Notes under the pieces: model-generated | Database searches by the model: none | What the model saw: the letters and a program-made list of their open reading frames with translations, nothing else | What the model was told of the DNA's origin: nothing | Origin: Nitrososphaerota archaeon | Lineage (GTDB): Archaea; Thermoproteota; Nitrososphaeria_A; Caldarchaeales; Caldarchaeaceae | Assembly: GCA_041641305.1 (NCBI GenBank) | Contig: JBEPYN010000001.1 | Location: 64,001 to 128,000, forward strand | Length of the DNA: 64,000 bases | Reading direction: 5' to 3' | Position numbers and translations under genes: made by a program | In this document: piece by piece, positions 18,208-27,896 of the stretch | Layout of the letters: each line of letters opens with the position of its first letter | Position numbering within the stretch: position 1 is the stretch's first letter

Positions 18208-20726
18208 AAACATCTGCCGCGGCACTATTGTTGCTGATGCTTTTGACGGTTCCAGCCCTGGCGCAGGATTACCGTGCTCCACATGATGAGCCAGGGCCAG
18301 CAGCTGATGTTGTTAGGGTGAGGGCCTATGCTGAGGAAATTGCTCCACAGGTCCTTGAGAGAGGAGACATAGACCTTTATCTCTACAACATGAGGGTCTC
18401 CCGAGTACAGGCTCTTGAGAACAACCCCGGCATAAAGATAATGAAGGCCCCCTCACTGCTTCTCTCAATCATCCTCAACCCCGCCCCCGACCCACGCGGG
18501 CTAAACCCCTTCAGCATCAAAGAGGTGCGGCAGGCATTCCAGTACCTAGTAAACAGAGACTATGTCGTGAAAGAGCTTTACAGAGGATATGCTTCACCCA
18601 TGACCACACCCCTCTCACCCTACGACTACGATTACGCCCAGTTCTATGAAGCCATTCTCGAGACGGGAATAAGGTATGACCCAGAATACGCCAACCGATT
18701 GATAACAGATGCTTTGACTTCGGCGGGTGCTGTGAAGAGGGATGGTAAATGGTTTTATGGAGACAAACCCGTAACACTCAAGTTCGTGATTAGGACGGAG
18801 GATGAGAGACGTGAGATTGGAGACCTCATCGCATCCGAGCTAGAGAAAATAGGGTTCACCGTGGAGAGAATTTATCTGCCCTTCGCACAGGCTATAGCAC
18901 GCGTCTACACCACTGATCCAGCCGAGTTCACATGGCATCTCTACACCGAGGGGTGGGGGAGAGGAGCTTTAGAGAAATATGACACCACATCAATCAACCA
19001 ATTCTGCGCACCATGGCTGGGGAATATGCCGGGCTGGCAGGAGCTCGGCTTCTGGCAATACACAAACCAGCTGCTCGACGAGATAGGTCAGAGGATTTTC
19101 AAAGGTCAGTACAGCGGAAAAGAGGAGAGAAACCAGCTTTACCTGAGGATGTTACGTGAATGTGTCTCAGAGAGTGTGAGAGTATGGGTGGCGGTGGTTC
19201 TCCAAAGCACTCCTATGAAAGCTGATTTGACCGGTGTTACTGAGGACCTTGCGGCAGGTGCAAGAGGTCTCTGGACGCTTCGAGAAGCCTACATCCCAGG
19301 TAAAAATGTTCTCGAGGTCGGTCATCTCTGGGTTTGGACTCCGCGAACAGTCTGGAACCCTGTCGGAGGGTTTGGTGACGTGTACAGCGCAGACCTCTGG
19401 AGAGCGGTCTCAGACCCATCGATAACACGCCACCCCTTCACAGGCCTCCCCATCCCATTCCGCGCAAAATACAGCGTTGAAACGGCTGGGCCAACTGGGA
19501 CAATCAATGTGCCTTCTGACGCCTTTGTCTGGGACGCCCAGTCGAAGACATGGAAGACTGTATCACCGGGGACAAAAGCGATAAGCAAAGTAACCTTCGA
19601 CTACAGCCTCTACACCTCGTCAAAATGGCATCACGGCATCCCAATAACTATGGCGGACATACTGTACAGGATGCATCAGGTTTTTGACATGGCTTACGAC
19701 GAGACAAAGAGCAGGATAGAGTTCGCTATCGCGTACACCTCAAGGCCCATTTTGGAAACTTTCAAGGGTTTCCGCATAGTAGGAGAGAGCATGCTTGAGG
19801 TCTATGTCGATTACTGGAACTTCGAGACGGACTACATAGCTGAATATGCCGATGTCTTCGGCGGTGGCATGCCATGGGAGCTGTTGGCGGTTTCGGACGA
19901 CCTTGTCTTCAACAGACGGCTCGTAACCTACAGCGACACGGCCGCGGCCCGTTTCAGGGTTGATCAACTCAACCTCGTGCTCCGCGAACAGGTCAGCCTC
20001 GTGAAAACTGCTTTAAACGATTTCATCACACGCAAAATCTTTCCCGCAAACGTCTTCACCATAGGTGACAAACGCTACGAAACCGCTGAAAACGCGCAGA
20101 CAAGGTACCGGGCTCTCCTAGACTGGGTCAACACCTACAACCTCGCTGTAGTAAGCAACGGGCCATATTATTTGGCTGTTTTCGACCCCGCGTCACAGTA
20201 TGCCGAACTCCGAGCATACAGAGACCCAACATACCCATTCAAACCAGGGACATGGTACTTTGGAGCAGTAGAGAAGCCGAGGGTAACACGTGTTGAGGGC
20301 TCGATAACGATTGGGAGCGAATCCTCGGTTACTGTATCGGTGGCTGGCCCTGACGACACCGTCGTGGTTTACAGAATAGTGGACACCGTTTCGGGAAAGG
20401 TTCTAGCGGCTGGAAGAGAAGCCGCTACAGGCGGCAGAGTCACGATCAGGCTGCCCTCAGCCACCACGTCCACTCTCTCCCCGGGACTAGCTGAGCTCGC
20501 CATGGTTTTATACAGTGACAAAGTTGCCCAATCCTTCAACTTTGCCGAGCGGCTGGAGGTCAGAAGAACGGCGGCAACCCAGGTAACAACGACAACGCCT
20601 CTAGTTACAACAACACCCATGCAACAGCAGGCCGAACAACCGGGCATCCCCACCTGGCTTCTAATAGCCGTCGTAGGCGTTGCAATAGTTGCCGCCGCAG
20701 CATTCCTGCTTACACGTAGACGCTAG
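18204..20726 (+). CDS. ABC transporter substrate-binding protein, family 5 (OppA-like), C-terminally anchored
   Basis: NPFSIKEVRQAF..LVNR, KWHHG.PIT.ADI, SNGPYYL; Thr-rich linker and TM followed by RRR. Confidence 0.9.
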   Translation: MKTSAAALLLLMLLTVPALAQDYRAPHDEPGPAADVVRVRAYAEEIAPQVLERGDIDLYLYNMRVSRVQALENNPGIKIMKAPSLLLSIILNPAPDPRGLNPFSIKEVRQAFQYLVNRDYVVKELYRGYASPMTTPLSPYDYDYAQFYEAILETGIRYDPEYANRLITDALTSAGAVKRDGKWFYGDKPVTLKFVIRTEDERREIGDLIASELEKIGFTVERIYLPFAQAIARVYTTDPAEFTWHLYTEGWGRGALEKYDTTSINQFCAPWLGNMPGWQELGFWQYTNQLLDEIGQRIFKGQYSGKEERNQLYLRMLRECVSESVRVWVAVVLQSTPMKADLTGVTEDLAAGARGLWTLREAYIPGKNVLEVGHLWVWTPRTVWNPVGGFGDVYSADLWRAVSDPSITRHPFTGLPIPFRAKYSVETAGPTGTINVPSDAFVWDAQSKTWKTVSPGTKAISKVTFDYSLYTSSKWHHGIPITMADILYRMHQVFDMAYDETKSRIEFAIAYTSRPILETFKGFRIVGESMLEVYVDYWNFETDYIAEYADVFGGGMPWELLAVSDDLVFNRRLVTYSDTAAARFRVDQLNLVLREQVSLVKTALNDFITRKIFPANVFTIGDKRYETAENAQTRYRALLDWVNTYNLAVVSNGPYYLAVFDPASQYAELRAYRDPTYPFKPGTWYFGAVEKPRVTRVEGSITIGSESSVTVSVAGPDDTVVVYRIVDTVSGKVLAAGREAATGGRVTIRLPSATTSTLSPGLAELAMVLYSDKVAQSFNFAERLEVRRTAATQVTTTTPLVTTTPMQQQAEQPGIPTWLLIAVVGVAIVAAAAFLLTRRR

Positions 20727-21463
20727 TCCTCGAGAATCCTGCTCAACGAGTCGATGTGTGCGATAACTGTGAGCAAAACCTCTTCACGCAGCTGGTTGAC
20801 CGCGTTATTGTACTCGTCCACTCCGGGTGGGGCGTTGAGAAGCCAGTCGATGTAGAGTGGACACCATCTGATTAGCTCATCACGCGAGGTATCGGTTAAC
20901 TGTGGAAACTGTTCAACCCAGTCATAATAGAGGTCGAGATTGTCCATGATTTTGTCAACCGTTAGTACGAGGTTAGGGTCACTTTTCACGACGAGTGCCC
21001 TTGTCTCGTTCCAATACTCTCTGTCACCCTCCCTCGTTCCAGGCGGCTCGCTCCTCAACCAGCTTATCAAAACCCTATCGTTCTCTAGAAGAGACAAAAC
21101 GTTTTTGACAGATTCCATACTTGTTCTGAGGCTGTTCAGCTGGGAATTGGTTGCCTCAAGCTCTGCGGAAAGCTGGTTCAACCGATTCTCGAGCTGGCTC
21201 ATTCTTTCGGTGAACTGCTGAGACCTCTGATCTGCTGACTGTAGATTGGTCTGTAGGCTGTTGAGGTCGGCGCGTAGTCTGTTAACTGTGTTCTCGGCCT
21301 CTGTCAGACGTGTCTGCAGGTCGAGGTTTTCGGCCCTCAACTCATCCAACAGCTTTTGATATCTTGCCTCGGTTTCCCCCAACAACTGGTTGAAGACAAT
21401 AGCTGATGCAGCTGCACCAGCCAAGAGCGAGACAATGACAATCGCCACAACAAAGACTCTCAT
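20723..21463 (-). CDS. Membrane-anchored coiled-coil protein, unknown function
   Basis: N-terminal TM, about 100 aa heptad repeat, Trp/Tyr-rich C-terminal domain. Confidence 0.7.
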   Translation of the reverse strand: MRVFVVAIVIVSLLAGAAASAIVFNQLLGETEARYQKLLDELRAENLDLQTRLTEAENTVNRLRADLNSLQTNLQSADQRSQQFTERMSQLENRLNQLSAELEATNSQLNSLRTSMESVKNVLSLLENDRVLISWLRSEPPGTREGDREYWNETRALVVKSDPNLVLTVDKIMDNLDLYYDWVEQFPQLTDTSRDELIRWCPLYIDWLLNAPPGVDEYNNAVNQLREEVLLTVIAHIDSLSRILED

Positions 21464-21525
21464 TCCATATACACGCCACTAACCCTGTTTATAACACTTT
21501 TTAAACAACTGCGAAAAACATATTC

Positions 21526-22410
21526 ATGATTGTTTCACATCGAGGGATGATGCAGCGGATATTTCCCCATCTATGGTATGTTTCGGAGGCCTGGGAGGCC
21601 GCCGTGTTCTATGCGGAGATTTTTCCCTCATCTGAGGTAGTTGCCTCAACGGTGTTGCCCAACACCCCATCGGGCGATGTAGAAATTGTCTGGTTCAAAA
21701 TCAAGGGCTACAAGTTCCTAGCCATAAGCGGTGGCCCATACTTTTACTTCAACCCCTCACTCTCCTTCATGGTCAACTTCTCAGGATATTCCGCGAAAAT
21801 AGTCGAATCTATCTGGGATAGGTTGGCTGAAAAGGGAAATGTTTTTGATGCCGTTGGGAGAGTATCCTCCGCTGGCGATGTATGGCTTGGTCGCGGACAG
21901 GTACGGGCTTTCGTGGCAGCTTGTGTTGCCAACTGGAAAATGGGTGGAATCCTTCATAGTTCCGCATCTACTCTTCACAGGCAAAGCCGAGGAAGCGAGC
22001 GACTTATCTCGGTCTTCAAGAACTCGAGACGGGGACAACTGACAAAACATTTGTCAGGCCCAGAAAACGGAAAAACAATTTTCACTGACTTCATGCTCGA
22101 GGGCCAGTGGTTCTCGGCCTCAGACAGCAGCTTATCACATGATTTCTCTTTCAACGAGTCGGTATCTTTCATGGTTTACTGCGACACACAGGCGGAGATC
22201 GACTATTACTGGGAAAAGCTCTCAGCCATGCCTGATGCTGAGCAGTGTGGTTGGCCCAAGGATAGATACGGGGTTTCTTGGCAGATTTCGCACAAAGACT
22301 TGGATAACATGCTGCTGAGAGGAAGCCGGAAACAAGTGGCCGCATTAATGGAGACTAAAGATGAAGAAGCTGGACATCGCCTCCCTGTATAACTGTTTCA
22401 GGAAAGCTTA
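21526..22410 (+). pseudogene. VOC/PhnB-like (3-demethylubiquinone-9 methyltransferase family) gene with three frameshifts
   Basis: Conserved LMPLGEYP..YG.V.DRYGLSWQL lies in the alternative frame (21839-22042). C-terminal KMKKLDIASL lies in a shifted frame ending TAG at 22410. FNESVSF..CDTQAEIDYYWEKLS is in the main frame. Confidence 0.8.
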
Positions 22411-23454
22411 GACCCTCACCCGCGGGTCCAAAACGGCCACCAAAACCTCGATAATGAACCGGGCCACGATGTAGATCAAGGTGTAGACGAATGTCAGTGC
22501 TACGACGAGGCCTTCGTCGAAGGCTGTTATGGCATCGTAGTAGAGTCTACCCATCCCGGGCCAGTTGAACACGGTTTCGGTGAGTATTGCGCCTCCGAGG
22601 GATCCGGCGACTGCGAAGACGATGTTTGTGGCGATGGGTGGGGCCGCTGGTCTCAAGACATATCTGCGTCTGAGAAGATTTTCTGGAAGGCCCTTGGCTT
22701 TGGCCACTGTGACAAAATCCTCCTGCGTGATGTTTAGGACAATTGTTCTGGTTACGTAAGCCCATCCACCGACAATCACCGTTACAAGCGTTATCACGGG
22801 AAGGACAGCGTGCCAAATCATGTCAAGAACCCTTGCGAAGGGCTCTGTCGGTGGAGGGGTGCTTATTATTCCGCCGGCTGGAAACAGCCTGAAGTAGAAA
22901 TAGAACAGCAAAAGGAATAGGAGCCCTGTCCACCATGAGGGCAGCCCATAAGACGCCGCGGCCGCATATGACACTAGCTTATCGAATAGGGAGCCTCTCC
23001 TATAGGCAGCTCGTGAACCGATGTTTATGCCGATAACGGCGCTTATGAGGACAGCTGTCGTCACAAGTAGGATTGAGTAAGGTATTCGCTCGGCTATTAT
23101 GTCCGCTACCTTTCTGCTTCCGGCGAAGCTTGTTATTGTTCTCGAGTACCCGAGGTCAAGTGTGAGAACACGTAGTATCATCGACGGGATTCTCTCGTAC
23201 CATGGTCTGTCGAGCCCGTAAGATTTCTCCAGCTCGAGCTTAACTTTTTCAAGGGCCTGCTCTAGTTCGACGGGGTCTTTAATCCTTTGCGAGAGGCTCT
23301 GTCTCACCACACGCAGTTCCTCGTTGACATAGGCAGATAGAATCTTGTCTGATACCCCTGTAGCACCCATTACAACAGCGACCATCAAAAGCACGCTTAG
23401 CAGCACAAAAACAAGCGTAACAGCCTGTGTTACAAGGCTGCGGACCATAGTCAC
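22408..23454 (-). CDS. Peptide ABC transporter permease (OppB/DppB-like)
   Basis: YGLDRP, DLGYS, EAA-loop DFVTVAKAKGL, ETVFNWPGMG. Confidence 0.93.
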   Translation of the reverse strand: MTMVRSLVTQAVTLVFVLLSVLLMVAVVMGATGVSDKILSAYVNEELRVVRQSLSQRIKDPVELEQALEKVKLELEKSYGLDRPWYERIPSMILRVLTLDLGYSRTITSFAGSRKVADIIAERIPYSILLVTTAVLISAVIGINIGSRAAYRRGSLFDKLVSYAAAASYGLPSWWTGLLFLLLFYFYFRLFPAGGIISTPPPTEPFARVLDMIWHAVLPVITLVTVIVGGWAYVTRTIVLNITQEDFVTVAKAKGLPENLLRRRYVLRPAAPPIATNIVFAVAGSLGGAILTETVFNWPGMGRLYYDAITAFDEGLVVALTFVYTLIYIVARFIIEVLVAVLDPRVRV

Positions 23455-24410
23455 TGGTTATCACCCTCGTAGAGCCAGCAACGGACCCTGATCCCGTCCC
23501 GGTTGAATGTAGGCGGCTCCTCGGCAAAGCATTTTTCGAAAACTCTGTGACAGCGCGGATGGAACCTGCATCCCCTAGGTGGTTCAACGAGGCTGGGAGG
23601 GGCTCCAGGTATGTAATCGAGCATCCGCGGCCCTCTAAGCCTTGGTGTGGCGCTGAGGAGTTTGGACGAGTAGGGGTGAAGTGGGCTGCGCAGGATTATG
23701 TCAGATGGCCCCATCTCTGCAACTTGGCCCGCATACATGACGGCGATTTCGTCGGCTATGTCGCTGACAATTGACAGGTCATGTGTGATAAATATCATCG
23801 ATAAACCATGCTCTCTTTTTAGGCGCTTGAGCATGTTCATTATTTGTGTTTGGATGGATACGTCAAGGGCAGACGTCGGTTCGTCGAGTATAATGAGTTT
23901 GGGCTCCATGATCAAGGCCATCGCAACAAGCGCTCTCTGCTTCATTCCTCCGCTAAGCTCATGTGGGTACCTGTCAACGTAATCGGCGGGGAGGCCGACG
24001 AGGCTGAAAACCTTCATAACCTTCTTCATCGCATCCTTCTTCGAAGCGCCTTCCTTAACCATCAAAGGCTCAGCGACCTGCAGCCCAACACGTAGAACAG
24101 GGTTGAAACTATTCATCGCTCCTTGAAAAACCATCGAAATCTTCTTCCACCGGTATTCATTGTCAAAAAGGTCTGCATCCAACGAGAGGATATCAACACC
24201 TTCAAACAAAATTTTTCCGCGGAGGGCGACTACGTTCGGCGGCAGCATTCTCATTATAGCGAGTCCTGTACTTGTTTTTCCGCATCCAGATTCACCGACG
24301 AGTCCGAGTGCTTCTCCTTCTCCTACGCTGAAGTCGACGCCGTCAACAGCCTTCACAACCTTTCCATCCATCCCATAGTGAACCACTAACCCCTCAACAA
24401 CAAGAAGCAT
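23451..24410 (-). CDS. Peptide ABC transporter ATP-binding protein (OppD/DppD-like)
   Basis: GESGCGKT, YPHELSGGMKQR, DEPTSALD, GCRFHPRC. Confidence 0.95.
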   Translation of the reverse strand: MLLVVEGLVVHYGMDGKVVKAVDGVDFSVGEGEALGLVGESGCGKTSTGLAIMRMLPPNVVALRGKILFEGVDILSLDADLFDNEYRWKKISMVFQGAMNSFNPVLRVGLQVAEPLMVKEGASKKDAMKKVMKVFSLVGLPADYVDRYPHELSGGMKQRALVAMALIMEPKLIILDEPTSALDVSIQTQIMNMLKRLKREHGLSMIFITHDLSIVSDIADEIAVMYAGQVAEMGPSDIILRSPLHPYSSKLLSATPRLRGPRMLDYIPGAPPSLVEPPRGCRFHPRCHRVFEKCFAEEPPTFNRDGIRVRCWLYEGDNQ

Positions 24411-24412
24411 GG

Positions 24413-25807
24413 TTAAACCCCCCTCCTCAGCCTAGGGCTAACAACTGGCTCCAACCCCATGGAAAGCATGACAAACGTAAAAGAGAGAAGAGCTATCAAG
24501 GCCCCCGGTGGGAAAATCCACCACCAGAGACCAAGGTTGACTCCACCACTTCTGAAAGCATATTCAAGTATCTGCCCCCAGCTGGGCAGCGATGGGTCGC
24601 CGAGCCCGAGAAAGCTCAGCGCGGCTTCCGCTAGAATGGCTGAAGGGGTTGAGAAGATTAACTGAGCGATGATGAATGGAGCTATCTGTGGAAAGATGTA
24701 GCGGCGGAGGATCCGGCTTCGTGGAACACCGATTGATTCGGCTGACTCGACGAATTGCGCCGTCCTAGCCTGCATCACTATGTTTCGCACGATGACCGCT
24801 AGGCCAGACCATCCAAAGGCCACAAACACGACTATGATTATCCAGATGCTTGGCCTGAGGATGAAGGTGAAGAAGATGAGGAGAGGTAGGAGCGGTATGT
24901 TGTTTAGGATGTCGCATGTTCTTTGGATTATTGTGTCGGTTTTTCCACCAATGTATCCGCTTAACATGCCGAGAATTGTGCCAATAGCAGTTGTTAGGGA
25001 GGCCGTCAAGATGCCTATCAGCAGAGATACGGGGAACCCGAAGAGAAGGCCCGTGGCGAGGTCTCTACCTAGCCTATCCGTCCCCATGACGCCGTAAACC
25101 TTCCCCCCGAAAACCACCCTCAGCTCCGAGATTGTATCAGCTTCATCGGCCTTGTCCACCGTAACAGCCAGAGCATACTCACCAGAGAGAGGAACAAGCC
25201 TACCATTCACAAACTCTCCAAAAAGATACCGCTCCACCCCGGTTCTCACAACCTCGTCAGGACCCACCTCAAGCCCATACTCGTTGCGAAGAAACCTGCT
25301 TACAAACGAGCCTGCGTCAGGGTCTCCGCTGATAAAAACCCTCAAAGGCGTTTCATGATGCCGTCTATATGGCGGTTGCTCTCCTGGCAGAGGTCTCGAA
25401 ACCGATAACGCATAGAAGGTGACAACCTTTCCATCGGGCCTGATTAGCTCGAATAAAAGGAACGGTGGCCGCGAACTATATGTTATCTCTGAGACGGTGA
25501 TTGAGATGAAGCTGGGGAAGTCGTCGTAGCTGTAGCTGAAGCGTGTCAACGTGTATTCTGATGGGTTTTCGAGCCTGAAAACCATGTGCCGTGGCGGCGA
25601 AGCTGTGGCGAAGAAGGCTGTCCATTCGGGAGGAGCTTCTTTCGGGTTGTCCGCCCAGTAAGCGGGGTTGTTCCAAAACCTTGTTCCAAAGTCGAGCGGG
25701 TAGGAGACCAAAACATAGATCGAGAGAAAGAGATAGACGATGAGTAACGCTACCCCCACTTTCGACATCCTCGAGGACCAGAAAACCCCCCAAGACGACT
25801 GCGACAT
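24413..25807 (-). CDS. Peptide ABC transporter permease (OppC/DppC-like) with large extracellular insert
   Basis: GTDRLGRD, EAALSFLGLGD, WWWIFPPG; ATG 25807 behind SD GGAGGTGA. Confidence 0.92.
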   Translation of the reverse strand: MSQSSWGVFWSSRMSKVGVALLIVYLFLSIYVLVSYPLDFGTRFWNNPAYWADNPKEAPPEWTAFFATASPPRHMVFRLENPSEYTLTRFSYSYDDFPSFISITVSEITYSSRPPFLLFELIRPDGKVVTFYALSVSRPLPGEQPPYRRHHETPLRVFISGDPDAGSFVSRFLRNEYGLEVGPDEVVRTGVERYLFGEFVNGRLVPLSGEYALAVTVDKADEADTISELRVVFGGKVYGVMGTDRLGRDLATGLLFGFPVSLLIGILTASLTTAIGTILGMLSGYIGGKTDTIIQRTCDILNNIPLLPLLIFFTFILRPSIWIIIVVFVAFGWSGLAVIVRNIVMQARTAQFVESAESIGVPRSRILRRYIFPQIAPFIIAQLIFSTPSAILAEAALSFLGLGDPSLPSWGQILEYAFRSGGVNLGLWWWIFPPGALIALLSFTFVMLSMGLEPVVSPRLRRGV

Positions 25808-25817
25808 ATTCACCTCC

Positions 25818-26132
25818 TCAAACCTGAGAACCTGCTACATCGCGGTGTCGGCCGTGGAGCAAATATTCTGCTTCTGATAGGAAAGAGAGGAATTTTCTGA
25901 GGGTTTGATTAGCCGGGTTAAGGCTGTACTTGGGTGGAGTTGTCTGATGCCTGCTCACCCAACCTTGGCGGATCAGGTCATTCAGAATTTTTTGAACGCT
26001 GGGTAGAGAGAGGCCAGTCAGCTTGGCCAAAGCATATTTTGTAGCCGGCTTTTCATGTTCAGCAAGTGTCTTCACAACTCTGATGTGCTGGTAGGTTTTT
26101 AGAGCTTCTTCAAGGGGATGGTTTGGATGCAA
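25818..26132 (-). CDS. Small winged helix-turn-helix protein
   Basis: TKYALAKLTGLS..SVQKILNDL...GWV...YSLNP; likely TTG start at 26132 with SD GGAGGT upstream. Confidence 0.75.
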   Translation of the reverse strand: MHPNHPLEEALKTYQHIRVVKTLAEHEKPATKYALAKLTGLSLPSVQKILNDLIRQGWVSRHQTTPPKYSLNPANQTLRKFLSFLSEAEYLLHGRHRDVAGSQV

Positions 26133-26136
26133 CTTT

Positions 26137-27276
26137 CTACCTCCGGAGGGTTTGCTCGAGGAGTTTGGCAAGCCTATTTGCATCGACTCCGACAAGCCCT
26201 ATTCGTCCATCAACCCTTTCCACATAGCCTCTCTCAACGAGATAAGACAGGGCCTTGTCAAACCCCGAGGACGACAACCCATGAGTCTCACAGAAAACCG
26301 TGAACATCTCTTTCACCTCCCTAAGCTCAGCAGATGCCTTATCTCTCGCGAGAAGAGCCTTCGCAACCGATAAAAGAACGACCCTCGGCTTTTCAGGAAG
26401 CTCGGCGTATTCTGCTGCTTGAGACATGGCAACAGTCTCCGCCACCGCGTGTCTGACATCATCTATCCTTACAACGTCTCTACCATTTGTTTCTGCAAGG
26501 TTTCCCGCGTAGAGAAGCAGATCGAGTGCCAGCCGCACGTCTCCAATATATGGTGGCCTGGAAACGAAGTCAGCCACGTACTCGATGACGCTAAACGGAA
26601 CGGCTCCTCTTTGAAAAGCTTCTGCAACTCGGTCGGCTAGAATGTCGACTAGCTGCTCACGTGTGTATGGCTCAAGACGTAGAATATTGGCGCCTAGTGA
26701 GCTCATCTCAGCTCTATCAAGAAAACCGCCAAACCCACTTTCACGTGAAACAAACACCACACCCACAACGTTGAGAGGATGCATAGGCCAGACCTCGTGA
26801 AGTCTCGTGAAATCATAGACAACAGTCTCCCTTCCTCTGCTTATTGAAACATGGTAGTCGGCATCATCAAACGTTATGATTACGCGTTGGCCGCTCTCTT
26901 TTAGATGGTTAAGGAGGTTTTCTAAAAGCTCTTCAGCGGAGAGTGAGACGCTGTAAGCCTCTTCAGAGACTTTTTTGACGAGGTAACGGTATATGCTCAC
27001 CTTGCTCGCAGTGAATCTTCTCAAGTTAACGTAGATGTGTGTGAGTTTTCTATGCTTGCGCTGGAGCTCCTGACCAACCAACATGCATAGCGTTGTCTTC
27101 CCTGCTCCGACAGGCCCTATCACCTGGACACGGCTGTAAAAAACGTCGTCCCCTCTATACACACCTGCTTCAAGAAATGCTTTCAACAGGCCGTATTCTT
27201 TTTCGCGGTGCAAAAGCCTCTCTGGTAGATATGCTGGACTGAGCTTAGACCTGTCAGCGAAAACCGGCATCCGCAA
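26137..27276 (-). CDS. cdc6: Orc1/Cdc6-family AAA+ protein (divergent paralog)
   Basis: LSPAYLPERLLHRE, GPVGAGKTT, PYT.EQL.DIL..R, GDVRLALDLL..A; C-terminal wH domain. Confidence 0.85.
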   Translation of the reverse strand: MRMPVFADRSKLSPAYLPERLLHREKEYGLLKAFLEAGVYRGDDVFYSRVQVIGPVGAGKTTLCMLVGQELQRKHRKLTHIYVNLRRFTASKVSIYRYLVKKVSEEAYSVSLSAEELLENLLNHLKESGQRVIITFDDADYHVSISRGRETVVYDFTRLHEVWPMHPLNVVGVVFVSRESGFGGFLDRAEMSSLGANILRLEPYTREQLVDILADRVAEAFQRGAVPFSVIEYVADFVSRPPYIGDVRLALDLLLYAGNLAETNGRDVVRIDDVRHAVAETVAMSQAAEYAELPEKPRVVLLSVAKALLARDKASAELREVKEMFTVFCETHGLSSSGFDKALSYLVERGYVERVDGRIGLVGVDANRLAKLLEQTLRR

Positions 27277-27304
27277 TCGTTTTTGGAGCCTGTTTTTATA
27301 TGGT

Positions 27305-27571
27305 TTACCGTAACCCAGCGATTTTAAGGGCCTCGTCTCTGGAGAATGCTGTCAAGGTCTCTGTCGAGAGGTAGTCGGCGAACTGGAGGACAAACTTGAG
27401 GTAGGTCTCGGCGTCGGGAGCCTCTGCTATGAGGAGGCCGTCGTATTGGCCGAATGTCCACAGCATCTCACGTACTTTCACGGAGCGGTTTTCGCGTATT
27501 ATGCGGTCCGTTCGGTCGACATCTTCCTTCGTCAATTTCTTCTTGAACCGGACAAGGGTCACGAAGTGCAT
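27305..27571 (-). CDS. GYD domain-containing protein
   Basis: WTFGQYD.L.I.EAPD...TETLTAF. Confidence 0.85.
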   Translation of the reverse strand: MHFVTLVRFKKKLTKEDVDRTDRIIRENRSVKVREMLWTFGQYDGLLIAEAPDAETYLKFVLQFADYLSTETLTAFSRDEALKIAGLR

Positions 27572-27629
27572 GGGTTATAGTGTGAGAGGCCACACTTATG
27601 TTTTTAAGCCCTCAAAACATCCTAAAACC

Positions 27630-27896
27630 ATGCCCTACATCACACAGGAAGAGAGGAAGGAACTTGACCTGGAGATAGACCAACTGCTTGAGAAACTGCG
27701 CAAAGCGCCTTTGGAGAAGGTTGACGGCAGGCTCAACTACGTCATCTCACGTCTTCTCAACGGTGTCTACGCACCCAGTTACTTCAACTACAACAGAGCC
27801 CTTGGTGTCCTGTCAGCTGTATCGCACGAGTTTTACAGGAGAAAAGTGGCTCCATACGAAGATACTAAGATAAGGGAGAACGGCGACATCTACTAG
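27630..27896 (+). CDS. Conserved hypothetical protein (DUF6899-like)
   Basis: MPYI...G.LNY.I..L...Y...N...GVL.....EFYRR.VAPYED.KI.ENGD; real start ATG 27630 after TTTTAA promoter. Family name from memory. Confidence 0.7.
   Translation: MPYITQEERKELDLEIDQLLEKLRKAPLEKVDGRLNYVISRLLNGVYAPSYFNYNRALGVLSAVSHEFYRRKVAPYEDTKIRENGDIY

Noticed and set aside
26137-27630. Replication origin beside cdc6
   Set aside because: Flanking gaps are under 60 nt and no ORB repeats are visible. The lone GTTCCAGAGG at 13631 is only a partial, single match.
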